Assembly (NCBI RefSeq): GCF_024714475.1
Contig: NZ_JAMZMI010000007.1
Location: 63,498 to 127,497, forward strand
DNA from: Marinoscillum sp. MHG1-6
GTDB lineage: Bacteria; Bacteroidota; Bacteroidia; Cytophagales; Cyclobacteriaceae
Length of the DNA stretch: 64,000 bases
Direction: 5' to 3'
Under the pieces are notes generated by a model, which was given only the letters and a program-made list of their open reading frames with translations, was not told where the DNA came from and searched no databases. Numbering within the stretch: the stretch's first letter is position 1; every line of letters starts with the position of its first letter. A program made the position numbers and the translations under genes. Below, piece by piece: positions 1 through 9,486 of the stretch.

Positions 1-1071
1 GAGGTAGCAGTATGTAACCTGGCTTCAATCGCTCTGAACAAGTTCGTGAAAGAGGACGGTACTTATGACCATGAGAAACTCTACCAGGTCACCAAAGTAG
101 TCACCAAAAACCTAAACAAGGTTATTGATGTAAACTACTACCCAGTTCCTGAAGCTGAGTACTCAAACATGAGACACAGACCGATTGGTATTGGTGTACA
201 GGGACTTGCAGATACCTTCATGTTGATGAAACTGCCTTTTGACTCTGAAGAAGGAAGAAAACTCAACAAAGAAATTTTCGAGACCATTTACTATGGTTCT
301 ATGGAAACTTCAATGGAGTTGGCTGAAAAGCATGGCCCGTACGAAACTTTCAAAGGTTCTCCGGTATCAAAAGGAATTTTCCAGTTCGATATGTGGGGCG
401 TAACTCCGGATAGTGGAAGATGGGATTGGTACTCATTGAAACAAAAAGTAAGAAAGCACGGTGTTAGAAACTCATTGCTTCTAGCTCCAATGCCAACAGC
501 TTCTACTTCTCAGATCCTTGGAAACAATGAATGTTTCGAGCCATATACTTCGAACATTTATACCAGAAGAGTGCTTTCCGGCGAATTCATCGTTGTGAAC
601 AAGCACCTGATGAACGATCTGATCAAGTTGAATCTATGGGATGAAAGAATGAAAAACCGAATCATGGAAGCAAATGGTTCTATTCAAAACATTCCAGAGA
701 TCCCGGAGAATATCAAGGAGCTATACAGAACAGTATGGGAGATTTCTCAGAAATCTATCATTGATATGTCTGCTGACCGTGGTGCTTACATCTGTCAGAG
801 CCAGAGTTTGAACATCCACTTACAGGATGCCAACTTTGGCAAAATGACTTCAATGCACTTCCACGCATGGAAGAAAGGCTTGAAAACAGGTATGTACTAC
901 TTGAGAACTAAAGCAGCAACAGACGCTATCAAATTCACTGTACAGAAAGAACAGCAAGCTCAACCTACAGCTAAGACATCTGCAGATATTGAGGCTGAGA
1001 AAGCACAGAATCAATCAGCCATGCAGTGCTCACTAGATGATCCTGAAGGTTGCGAAATGTGCGGAAGTTAA
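1..1071 (+). CDS. nrdA: Ribonucleoside-diphosphate reductase large (alpha) subunit, 3' portion; the CDS begins upstream of the window
   Basis: Frame 1 is open from nt 1 ([16 protein letters not shown]...). Translation shows class I RNR alpha C-terminal hallmarks ([30 protein letters not shown]-terminal CxxC tail). Confidence 0.9.
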   Translation, partial: EVAVCNLASIALNKFVKEDGTYDHEKLYQVTKVVTKNLNKVIDVNYYPVPEAEYSNMRHRPIGIGVQGLADTFMLMKLPFDSEEGRKLNKEIFETIYYGSMETSMELAEKHGPYETFKGSPVSKGIFQFDMWGVTPDSGRWDWYSLKQKVRKHGVRNSLLLAPMPTASTSQILGNNECFEPYTSNIYTRRVLSGEFIVVNKHLMNDLIKLNLWDERMKNRIMEANGSIQNIPEIPENIKELYRTVWEISQKSIIDMSADRGAYICQSQSLNIHLQDANFGKMTSMHFHAWKKGLKTGMYYLRTKAATDAIKFTVQKEQQAQPTAKTSADIEAEKAQNQSAMQCSLDDPEGCEMCGS

Positions 1072-1094
1072 TAGTCATTATTTCTGAAAGTATA

Positions 1095-1121
1095 AAGCCA
1101 CTCAAAACAGTGGCTTTTTTT
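1095..1121 (+). terminator. Intrinsic terminator after nrdA
   Basis: Hairpin aagccactcaaaacagtggctt followed by a T-run. Confidence 0.6.
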
Positions 1122-1170
1122 ATTCCTATCAAACCAATTGAACACTCAACGAGCAATCAATCACCCAAGA

Positions 1171-1950
1171 TCACATACTCACGGAATGATACACCATTCT
1201 GCTGCCCAGCTGTTGAATAGGACGGTTATCATCATTTATCACACGGTGTATTGCTTCAATTTGATCCTTTTGAGCAGTGATAGATTCCTCAAAAATGATC
1301 CAATGCACATTTTCTGAACATGGAGGGGTAGTGAGTGATCCATCATAATAGTAGAAATTATTGGTGTGGGCAGGGAAGGCCTCAGAAATTGACACCATTT
1401 CACCTCCTCTTTTTACTTCGCTCGCATGACTTGGAATACAATTCTTAAAATGATCAAGAAAATGATTTCTGCTCGCACCTTCCTCGATCAATATACCGAT
1501 TACACCAAAATCACCCTTTACATTTTTATGTACAAAATGGATTTCCATTGGGAATTCACGACCATTGATATGATGCTCGGATGGGGTGTGAAAATGAAAT
1601 TGAACAAGGCTATATTCCTCACCATCAAAATGCATCGACTTGGGCTCCATGATTCTTTCCATTAGTGTATGGCCATTATTGAAAAGTTCGGCATAAAAAG
1701 GATGGTAACTAAAATATAGCTCTTTCTGTTGATTGATACAATGCGTCGCATCTATATCCACAGGTGATTGTCGTTCACCTGAGCAATCTGAGTATTCAGG
1801 ATTCAGCTCTGACCAATGGTCGGGACCCTGATCACCTGAATAGGTCCAATAAACGCTATTTTCCACTTTTGGAAGATTTGAATCAACCTTATGGTGAATC
1901 ATAATGGCACTCAAAAATAAAAGTGAAGTAACGATGACTACAATTCTCAT
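1171..1950 (-). CDS. Alpha-type carbonic anhydrase, secreted (signal peptide)
   Basis: Alpha-CA motifs: SPVDID, FHFH(x)SEH zinc-ligand histidines, GSLTTPPCSE. N-terminal hydrophobic signal. Confidence 0.9.
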   Translation of the reverse strand: MRIVVIVTSLLFLSAIMIHHKVDSNLPKVENSVYWTYSGDQGPDHWSELNPEYSDCSGERQSPVDIDATHCINQQKELYFSYHPFYAELFNNGHTLMERIMEPKSMHFDGEEYSLVQFHFHTPSEHHINGREFPMEIHFVHKNVKGDFGVIGILIEEGASRNHFLDHFKNCIPSHASEVKRGGEMVSISEAFPAHTNNFYYYDGSLTTPPCSENVHWIIFEESITAQKDQIEAIHRVINDDNRPIQQLGSRMVYHSVSM

Positions 1951-2051
1951 GACTTTAGTTGTTGACCCAGAGCAAAATTAAATCCGGTATTAATATGAAC
2001 TATGATCAACATCATTACACCAACTAACTTTAGTTAATGCACTCAAGAGCA

Positions 2052-2079
2052 TAAAAAAAGGGATCATAAGATCCCTTTT
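2052..2079 (-). terminator. Intrinsic terminator after clpC (minus strand)
   Basis: On the minus strand, stem aagggatc/gatccctt followed by a T-run. Confidence 0.55.
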
Positions 2080-2096
2080 CTATTAATCAGTAGTAA

Positions 2097-4664
2097 TTAT
2101 TCTTTCTCTTTGTTTTCCTGTGGTGCCTTTTTCTTTTTCACCTTCAGTTTCAACTCCTCAGATTTACCATCCCAATCTGCAACAATCGTGTCACCTTCCT
2201 GGATTTCTCCTTTAAGGATCTCTTCTGCCACAGGGTCTTCTAAATATTTTTGAATGGCCCTGTTCAAAGGTCTTGCTCCATACTGTGGATCATATCCCTT
2301 ATCAGACAAGAAATCTTTCGCTTTCGGTGTCAATTCAACATTGTATCCAAGGTCAGTGATTCTCACGAATAGTTTACCCAACGTGATATCAATGATCTTA
2401 TGAATATGCTCTCTTTCAAGTGAGTTGAATACAATCACATCGTCTAGCCTATTCAAGAATTCCGGGCTGAAGGCCTTTTTCAAGGCATTCTGGATCGTAG
2501 ACTTCATAATCTCATCTGTCGACTCACGCTTGGATTGAGTACTGAACCCAATACCTGCTCCGAAATCCTTCAAGTCTCTGACCCCAATATTGGAAGTCAT
2601 AATAATAATGGTATTTCGGAAGTCAACTCTTCTTCCCAGACCATCTGTTAATATCCCATCATCCAATACCTGAAGCAGGATATTAAAGACATCCGGGTGA
2701 GCCTTTTCAATCTCATCAAGCAATACCACTGAATAAGGTTTCCTTCTTACCTTCTCGGTTAGCTGACCACCTTCTTCATATCCCACATATCCCGGAGGCG
2801 CTCCTACCAATCTTGAAACCGAGAATTTCTCCATGTACTCACTCATATCAATTCTGATGAGTGAATCGTCCTTATCAAAAAGATAAGAAGAAAGCACTTT
2901 GGCCATCTCCGTTTTACCCACACCAGTTGGTCCCAGGAAGATGAATGAACCAATCGGTTTTCTAGGATCCTTCAATCCTACACGCGTACGCTGGATCGCT
3001 TTTGTCAGCTTTTTCACAGCATCTTCCTGACCGATGACTCGTCCTGTAAGCTCGGTATTCATAGTGAGCAACTTCTCACTTTCATTCTGAGCGATACGTT
3101 TGGTTGGAATACCCGTCATCATCGCGATTACTTCCGCCACATTATCTTCCGTGACATCATAACGCTTGGTTCGGGTTTCTTCTTCCCATCGGTTTTTCTC
3201 ATGCTCGAGTTGAGCAATGAGCTTTTTTTCTTTATCTCTAAGCTGTGCGGCCTCTTCATATTTTTGGCTCTTCACAACCTGATTTTTCTCCTTTTTGATA
3301 TCCTCAATCTGAGCCTCTAGCTGTACGATCTCAGTAGGTACGTTAATATTATTAATATGCACCCTGGCTCCCGCCTCATCCATCACATCAATCGCCTTGT
3401 CCGGAAGATATCGATCACTGATATATCGATCCGACAATGCCACGCATGCCTTGATCGCTTCATCAGCATAATTGACATGGTGGTGATCCTGGTATTTATC
3501 CTTAATATTTTCAAGTATTTGAATTGTCTCCTCAGGAGTGGTGGCATCCACCATCACCATTTGAAATCTACGAGCTAACGCACCATCCTTTTCAATGTAC
3601 TGTCGATACTCATCCAAAGTGGTTGCCCCGATGCATTGGATTTCTCCTCTTGCAAGGGCCGGTTTGAACATATTAGAAGCATCCAGAGAACCGGAAGCCC
3701 CTCCTGCACCAACGATAGTGTGAAGCTCATCTATGAATAGGATCACATCCGGAGATTTTTCAATCTCGTTCATAACCGCTTTCATTCTTTCTTCAAATTG
3801 TCCGCGGTATTTTGTTCCGGCAACAAGAGATGCCAGATCGAGTGTGACAACTCTTTTCCCAAACAGGATTCTGGATACTTTCTTTTGAACAATTCTTAAA
3901 GCCAGTCCTTCAGCAATGGCTGTTTTACCCACACCGGGCTCCCCAATGAGGATCGGGTTATTTTTCTTACGTCGACTTAGAATCTGCGCAACACGTTCAA
4001 TTTCTTTCTCACGGCCAACAATCGGGTCAAGCTTGTCATCTTCTGCAAGTTTCGTAAGGTCCCTTCCAAAGTTGTCAAGCACCGGAGTCCTTGATTTTTC
4101 AGAACCTTTTGACTCTTTTCCTGCACCGGTTCCACCTGATGAAGAACCTCCGAAAATTCTTCCTGAATCCTCATCCCCGTCATCTGTGTCAGATTGGGCC
4201 ATTGGGTTTTCGGTTTGATACTCCAATAGCTCCTTCACCACGTCGTAGCTCACATCAAACTTGTCAAGTATCTGTGTAGCCAAATTATCCTCATCTCTTA
4301 GTATGGAAAGCAACAGATGCTCAGTACCAATTAACTGGCTTTTGAATATTTTGGCTTCCAGGTAGGTGATCTTCAATACCTTCTCTGACTGCCTTGTTAA
4401 GGGTATATTGGCAAGGTTTTTCACATTGCTGGTAGCAGTACCTTTAGTGGCCTGCTCAATGGCTGATCTCAATTCTTCAAGGGAAACACCAAGCTTCTTC
4501 AGTAGCCCCACAGCTACGCCCTCTCCCTCACGGATCATACCTAACAGCAAATGCTCTGTCCCAATATAATCATGTCCCAATCTAAGCGCCTCTTCGCGAC
4601 TCAGACTGATGACCTCTTTTACTCTATTTGAAAACTTTGCTTCCATAGACATGGATTTAGTCAA
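2097..4664 (-). CDS. clpC: ATP-dependent Clp protease ATP-binding subunit ClpC (double AAA+ with UVR linker)
   Basis: Two Clp_N repeats, two Walker A motifs ([16 protein letters not shown]), UVR-like coiled segment between them, ClpB_D2-small C-terminus. True start may be the internal Met (MEAKFSNRV). Confidence 0.9.
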   Translation of the reverse strand: MTKSMSMEAKFSNRVKEVISLSREEALRLGHDYIGTEHLLLGMIREGEGVAVGLLKKLGVSLEELRSAIEQATKGTATSNVKNLANIPLTRQSEKVLKITYLEAKIFKSQLIGTEHLLLSILRDEDNLATQILDKFDVSYDVVKELLEYQTENPMAQSDTDDGDEDSGRIFGGSSSGGTGAGKESKGSEKSRTPVLDNFGRDLTKLAEDDKLDPIVGREKEIERVAQILSRRKKNNPILIGEPGVGKTAIAEGLALRIVQKKVSRILFGKRVVTLDLASLVAGTKYRGQFEERMKAVMNEIEKSPDVILFIDELHTIVGAGGASGSLDASNMFKPALARGEIQCIGATTLDEYRQYIEKDGALARRFQMVMVDATTPEETIQILENIKDKYQDHHHVNYADEAIKACVALSDRYISDRYLPDKAIDVMDEAGARVHINNINVPTEIVQLEAQIEDIKKEKNQVVKSQKYEEAAQLRDKEKKLIAQLEHEKNRWEEETRTKRYDVTEDNVAEVIAMMTGIPTKRIAQNESEKLLTMNTELTGRVIGQEDAVKKLTKAIQRTRVGLKDPRKPIGSFIFLGPTGVGKTEMAKVLSSYLFDKDDSLIRIDMSEYMEKFSVSRLVGAPPGYVGYEEGGQLTEKVRRKPYSVVLLDEIEKAHPDVFNILLQVLDDGILTDGLGRRVDFRNTIIIMTSNIGVRDLKDFGAGIGFSTQSKRESTDEIMKSTIQNALKKAFSPEFLNRLDDVIVFNSLEREHIHKIIDITLGKLFVRITDLGYNVELTPKAKDFLSDKGYDPQYGARPLNRAIQKYLEDPVAEEILKGEIQEGDTIVADWDGKSEELKLKVKKKKAPQENKEKE

Positions 4665-4749
4665 TAAGTGGTTTAAGTAAATTTAAGACTTAAATAAGTC
4701 AAATCCCATCATCATCTGAGGTTAAAAACACAATGCGTTTCGGAAATGT

Positions 4750-5382
4750 TCAGCCTTTGCTAAATTCAGATTTTCGCAAAATGTCAACCGACTCGGTTCC
4801 CATCATCAACATCAAATCAAGGATACTCAAGTTTGGGGCAAATTCATTGCCAAAGTTTTGCCCATATGAGTTAGGGATATAAATTTTTCGGTCGGCGAAG
4901 TGTTTTTTGGGGTGCAATACTTCCCTAAAGTCAGTATATGAGCTTTCTGACGTTTGAATATACTCATTTGTAAAATCAAATGTAATATTCACTCGAAGAA
5001 CTTTCAGACAGAAAGTCATGAAATCTACATTTAAGTCTAGCAAAAAGTCATGCTTGATCTGAAGGATGTGCTGAAGGTCATCAGCAAAGTATTCGAAGAA
5101 AGGGGATTTGCCATAGCCCGAATAGATCGCTCCCCAATGATCTCGTTTCCAGCTTTGGGTGTTGTCGATTTTCACTTCCTTGTAGGGCGTTCGATTTCCA
5201 AACTTCACAGGAACCATCAGGGGCATAACTCCCTGAGCGGTGAGGATGTAGCAACGATTTTTATAGGATTGCTTGGTGAAATTTTGGTGAATCTCCAGGG
5301 TGACTTCCTGGTATTTGGTGAGCAGTGTGTAGTACTCCAGACTTCCTAAATAATGTGGTTCAATAAGTAACTTATCTCCCAT
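4750..5382 (-). CDS. WbqC-like family protein
   Basis: Translation matches the WbqC-like family pattern (HQNFTKQSYKNRCYILTAQG...MPLMVPV). Confidence 0.75.
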   Translation of the reverse strand: MGDKLLIEPHYLGSLEYYTLLTKYQEVTLEIHQNFTKQSYKNRCYILTAQGVMPLMVPVKFGNRTPYKEVKIDNTQSWKRDHWGAIYSGYGKSPFFEYFADDLQHILQIKHDFLLDLNVDFMTFCLKVLRVNITFDFTNEYIQTSESSYTDFREVLHPKKHFADRKIYIPNSYGQNFGNEFAPNLSILDLMLMMGTESVDILRKSEFSKG

Positions 5383-6008
5383 TAACCCACAAAATCAACT
5401 TCTCCCAACCCTTCCCGGATCACTTCCGGATAACCAGAGGAACAATCTATGATTGTACTGGGCTTGACTCCTCCATTTCCTCCGTCAATGACCAAATCTA
5501 CCCTGCTTCCAAACTCCTCATAAATGAGGTCAGGATCTGTGACATAATCAATGATCTCATCGTGATCATGTACTGAGGTGGATATGATCGGGTTACCCAA
5601 TTCTTTCACAATGGCTCTTGGGATATTATTGTCAGGCACTCTAATACCTACAGTTTTCTTTTTCACATTCAAAATCTTCGGGGTCTTACTGGAACTCTCC
5701 AGAATAAAAGTATAGGGCCCCGGAAGGGTACTCTTCATTAATTTGAATATGGGCGTATCCACATGTTTGGCATACTCTGAAATGTGGCTGAGGTCGTAAC
5801 AGATAAACGAAAGGTTCAGGCTTTTGCCTTTGAGTCCTTTTATTTGCCGAATACGCTCGATCGCCTTCTGATTAAAAATATCACAGCCCAGACCATAGAC
5901 TGTATCTGTGGGATAAATAATCACCCCGCCATCGCGTAGGACATCCACGACCTGAGCAATTTTCCTCGGGTCCGGATTTTCCTGATACATTTTTATGAAC
6001 TCAGCCAT
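5382..6008 (-). CDS. tsaC: L-threonylcarbamoyladenylate synthase (YrdC/Sua5 family)
   Basis: YrdC domain signature [13 protein letters not shown] and overall length. Confidence 0.85.
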   Translation of the reverse strand: MAEFIKMYQENPDPRKIAQVVDVLRDGGVIIYPTDTVYGLGCDIFNQKAIERIRQIKGLKGKSLNLSFICYDLSHISEYAKHVDTPIFKLMKSTLPGPYTFILESSSKTPKILNVKKKTVGIRVPDNNIPRAIVKELGNPIISTSVHDHDEIIDYVTDPDLIYEEFGSRVDLVIDGGNGGVKPSTIIDCSSGYPEVIREGLGEVDFVG

Positions 6009-6078
6009 CAGCTAAATATTTATACCGGAAAATTACACGGCTTGGTTTACATCCCAAACAAAAAAGTCTTGTCTATTT

Positions 6079-7140
6079 TTGCCGCTATCATTTGAACCCC
6101 TCTGTATGAAAAGGATCAAAATTTTGTCGATAGCCATAGTGGTCTTTACCATCTTTTTATCGTCATTTTCATTTTATGCTTACCAAATCTTCTTTACACC
6201 TAATATACTGGTAGATAAGGGCGATCAATATTTCCCAATTTATCCTGGCACTACTTTTAAGGAGCTCCAGGACCAATTGTACAAACAGAATATAGTCAAT
6301 GATCTCATTTCATTTAGCTTTTTGGCAAGATTAAAAGACTATGACAAGTTGATTAAGCCGGGTATGTACCTCTTGAAAAAGGACATGTCCAATAATGATG
6401 CAATCAACATGCTCAGAGCCGGAATGCAAACCCCTATCAAGTTGACTTTCAGCAATGCAAGGAAACTCGAAGACCTGGCATCCAAACTGACTGACAACCT
6501 GGCGATCGACTCGGTGGACATGCAAGCACTATTGGCCTCTGACAGCGTAGCGGAAGCTTATGGGTTTAATAAGCAAACTTTTATTAGCATGTTCCTGCCG
6601 AACACCTATGAGGTTTACTGGACCGCTTCGGCAACGGAAATATTAAACAGACTGAAATCCGAATATGATAAGTTCTGGAATGAGGAAAGAAGAAATAAAG
6701 CCCAAGCCTTAAACTTAACGCCGGTAAAGGTTTCCACATTGGCCAGTATTGTTGATAGTGAGACGAACTTTATGGATGAAGCTCCCCGAATTTCAGGTGT
6801 TTACCTGAATCGCCTGGAAAGAGGCTATCATCTTCAGGCTGATCCGACACTCGTTTTTGCTGTAGGAGATTTTACCATTCGCCGGGTACTCGATGTCCAC
6901 AAAAAGATAGACTCTCCATACAATACTTATAAATATAGAGGGTTGCCTCCGGGGCCAATCATGATGCCTTCTATTTCTGCGATTGAAGCCGTGCTAAATA
7001 CAGAAGAGCATTCCTATTTATATTTTTGCGCAAAAGAGGATTTTTCAGGTTATCACGTTTTTGCCAAAACCCTGAGTGAGCATAACGCCAATGCAAGAAG
7101 GTTTCAACAGGCACTTAACAAGCAAAGAATTTACAGATAG
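6079..7140 (+). CDS. mltG: Endolytic murein transglycosylase MltG (YceG family)
   Basis: N-terminal membrane anchor, then YceG-like domain (GVYLNRLERGYHLQADPT, YNTYKYRGLPPGPI). Confidence 0.85.
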   Translation: MPLSFEPLCMKRIKILSIAIVVFTIFLSSFSFYAYQIFFTPNILVDKGDQYFPIYPGTTFKELQDQLYKQNIVNDLISFSFLARLKDYDKLIKPGMYLLKKDMSNNDAINMLRAGMQTPIKLTFSNARKLEDLASKLTDNLAIDSVDMQALLASDSVAEAYGFNKQTFISMFLPNTYEVYWTASATEILNRLKSEYDKFWNEERRNKAQALNLTPVKVSTLASIVDSETNFMDEAPRISGVYLNRLERGYHLQADPTLVFAVGDFTIRRVLDVHKKIDSPYNTYKYRGLPPGPIMMPSISAIEAVLNTEEHSYLYFCAKEDFSGYHVFAKTLSEHNANARRFQQALNKQRIYR

Positions 7141-7548
7141 ATGTACCATCACGACACACAAATACGCGTCAGATATGCAGAAACGGATCAAATGGGTTAT
7201 GTTTATTACGGCAATTATGCTACCTATTTTGAAGTAGCCCGTGTGGAAGCCTTTAGACATTTGGGGTATCCGTATAAAAAAATGGAGGAAGAGGGTGTTG
7301 GGATGCCGGTTCTGGAATACCAGATTAAATATTTGCAACCGGCAAAATACGATGATCTTCTGACCATTAAGCTGGCCATACCAGAAATGCCCAAGGCACG
7401 AATTCGGTTCACCTACGAAGTAACCAACCAACATGGAGCACTGATAAATACTGGAGAGACAACCCTGGTTTTTATGAATATGGAAACCGGAAAAGCGACA
7501 CGCATACCAGCGGAAGTAAATAAACTTCTAAAGACCTATTTTGACTAG
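7141..7548 (+). CDS. Acyl-CoA thioesterase, YbgC/4HBT hotdog family
   Basis: IRVRYAETDQMGYVYYGNYATYFEVAR hotdog thioesterase signature. ATG directly abuts the mltG stop. Confidence 0.8.
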   Translation: MYHHDTQIRVRYAETDQMGYVYYGNYATYFEVARVEAFRHLGYPYKKMEEEGVGMPVLEYQIKYLQPAKYDDLLTIKLAIPEMPKARIRFTYEVTNQHGALINTGETTLVFMNMETGKATRIPAEVNKLLKTYFD

Positions 7549-8515
7549 TAAAAGACATTTAAGGACCCGCCAGCAGCTTCATCGCCATCTTAGCTATACG
7601 GGATGGTATATCCGGTTGGTACAACTACTGAAGTCCATCCATTTGAGACATGGTAAAGCTTCTTTGTACCGTACCTGTGTTATCTTCATAGATAAGGTCG
7701 GAGACCACCACCTATTTGAACGGGCCTATGGCGTAGCTTTCAATTTTACGCTGTCGCTTTTTCCCAGTATCATTTTCATGTTCGCCCTGATACCTTTTGT
7801 TCATACGATGATACCGAGTATTTCGGCGGCAGAAACTAAGGTCTTTCTAGAGGGTGTATTGCCTGCCAGTCTTTGGGAGGTCACGGAAAGCACGATCAAT
7901 GACACCCTGGAAATACGGCGTGAAGGACTAATCTCCTTCGGTGTACTCTTCGCATTGTTTTTGGCCACAAACGGGGTAAATTCATTGATGAATTCTTTTA
8001 ATGTGAGCTATAAAACAGTTGAAAGGAGATCCTTTGTTAAGACCAGGTTCATTGCACTTTTCATCACATTGCTTTTGGCGACTGCCTTTATACTATCCAT
8101 CCTACTGCTAATCGTTGGGGAATTAGTGATTGATTGGTTGCTGGACTTTACGAACATTTCAACCGACTTTATAAATTATTTTGTACTTCCCTTACGGTTT
8201 GTGGTCATCATGGCTGCCTTTTATTCGGCCATTGCCTCCATCTATTACTGGGGACCTGCCATACATGACAAGTGGAGGTTTTTCTCGATGGGATCCTTTT
8301 TGGCTACCCTGTTGTGCCTTGCCACAAGCTTTGGTTTTTCTTATTACATCACCAATTTTGGAACGTACAATAAGCTGTACGGGTCCATTGGAGGTATGAT
8401 CGGCTTGATGGTTTGGCAGTACTTAATGTCAGCCATTTTGCTGTTGGGCTTTGAATTCAATGCGAGTATTGATCGTGCGGCTAGCAGTGAAGTTTACGAT
8501 AAGGAAAAAGATTAA
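7541..8515 (+). CDS. YihY/BrkB (virulence factor BrkB) family inner-membrane protein
   Basis: AYGVAFNFTLSLFP motif followed by 5-6 TM helices. Start uncertain. Confidence 0.75.
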   Translation: MTSKRHLRTRQQLHRHLSYTGWYIRLVQLLKSIHLRHGKASLYRTCVIFIDKVGDHHLFERAYGVAFNFTLSLFPSIIFMFALIPFVHTMIPSISAAETKVFLEGVLPASLWEVTESTINDTLEIRREGLISFGVLFALFLATNGVNSLMNSFNVSYKTVERRSFVKTRFIALFITLLLATAFILSILLLIVGELVIDWLLDFTNISTDFINYFVLPLRFVVIMAAFYSAIASIYYWGPAIHDKWRFFSMGSFLATLLCLATSFGFSYYITNFGTYNKLYGSIGGMIGLMVWQYLMSAILLLGFEFNASIDRAASSEVYDKEKD

Positions 8516-8637
8516 GAAAGATTTTACGCTCAGTAATTGCCTAATTCATCTGATCCATTATTTTTGCGTTCCCAAATCGGATATTGAGCGGCAGTTATTG
8601 TTCAATCGCTGATTTGCAAAGATAGCAAAGGCGTTCT

Positions 8638-8828
8638 CGCCTTAATAAAATATTAGAGTAACAGAAGGTTACTAACAACATTGCAGAGACTACAGAGGCG
8701 TGGCAGAGTGGACTAGGCGTCCCCGTCGAATGCGGCGGACCCGCCTTAATAAAATATTAGAGTAACAGAAGGTTACTAACAACATTGCAGAGACTACAGA
8801 GGCGTGGCAGAGTGGTCGAATGCGGCGG
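8638..8828. repeat. Tandem direct duplication, 104-bp period: 74-bp identical copies at 8638-8711 and 8742-8815 covering the tRNA-Ser upstream region plus the first ~17 nt of the tRNA
   Basis: Identical 74-mers read directly. The first copy carries a 13-bp insert (actaggcgtcccc) and then resumes gtcgaatgcggcgg before breaking off. Confidence 0.85.
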
Positions 8829-8882
8829 TCTTGAAAACCGTTGTACCGCGAGGTACCGGGGGTTCGAATCCCTCCGCCTCTG
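8798..8882 (+). tRNA. tRNA-Ser (anticodon TGA)
   Basis: Hand-folded: acceptor AGAGGCG/CGCCTCT, D-arm GCA..TGC, anticodon stem GCGGT/ACCGT with loop CTTGAAA, long variable arm TGTACCGCGAGGTAC, T-arm GGGGG-TTCGAAT-CCCTC. CCA not encoded. Confidence 0.85.
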
Positions 8883-8890
8883 CAAGCAAG

Positions 8891-8918
8891 CCCTGACAAA
8901 TTTTGTCAGGGTTTTTTG
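8891..8918 (+). terminator. Intrinsic terminator after tRNA-Ser
   Basis: ccctgacaaa-ttttgtcaggg hairpin plus TTTTTT. Confidence 0.7.
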
Positions 8919-9486
8919 TTTCTGAACATTTCAAAACGTGTTTTAGGAATGGAAAGAAGCAAAAAAGAGATCAATCCGAAAACCTGTGGACTGTCTAAGA
9001 AACTTAATATTTTAAAAAAGCAGGATAAATTCTGCACTGGGTCATCCAGTGTCAGTGAGGATATCCTATGGATAGTGGGATATCGCTTTTCCACATCTCC
9101 TCCCAAGATTGAATATCCCTTCCATTTGCCTTGATGCAAACGGAAGCCAAAAATCAAGGCTGTGAAGTAATTCCGGAAATTCAAATTCAATAGTGTACCG
9201 TCCTGAAATAGGTTGACTCCAAATTAGTAAATTGATTTCTTATAGTTCTTCCAGTGGTTTTCATTGATAAGTACAACCTTCCAACAACTTTATTGCTTGA
9301 TCCTATTTATATAGGGATTCAAACCCTCGATCCCTCTCAAATACGCTAAAATTCACCCTTTTGAACCAATATGTATTATGAAACACTCATTCAGCATCCT
9401 CTTTTGGCTTTTAACCAACCGGGCAAGTAAAAAAACCGGCGAGGCTCACGGGGTTTTATCTAATTTAAAGTCCCCTTATGTCGGAT

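Noticed and set aside
3357-4569. Several 60-100-aa ORFs on the plus strand inside clpC
   Set aside because: They are antisense to a strongly supported conserved CDS and have no motifs. Shadow ORFs.
8638-8828. Possible CRISPR array suggested by the identical 74-bp repeats
   Set aside because: There are only two copies, the unit is 104 bp including tRNA sequence, there are no spacer-repeat alternations and no cas genes. It is a tandem duplication, not CRISPR.
8690-9134. ORFs 8690-8899 (minus) and 8841-9134 (plus) overlapping tRNA-Ser and its terminator
   Set aside because: They overlap a well-folding tRNA and its hairpin, and have an Arg/Gly-rich low-complexity translation typical of reading across a tRNA. 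Spurious.
9420-9465. Possible intrinsic terminator for the giant gene (minus strand: ccccgtgagcctcgccgg plus T7)
   Set aside because: The GC-rich segment before the T-run does not form a convincing perfect stem by hand, so it is not listed as a feature.
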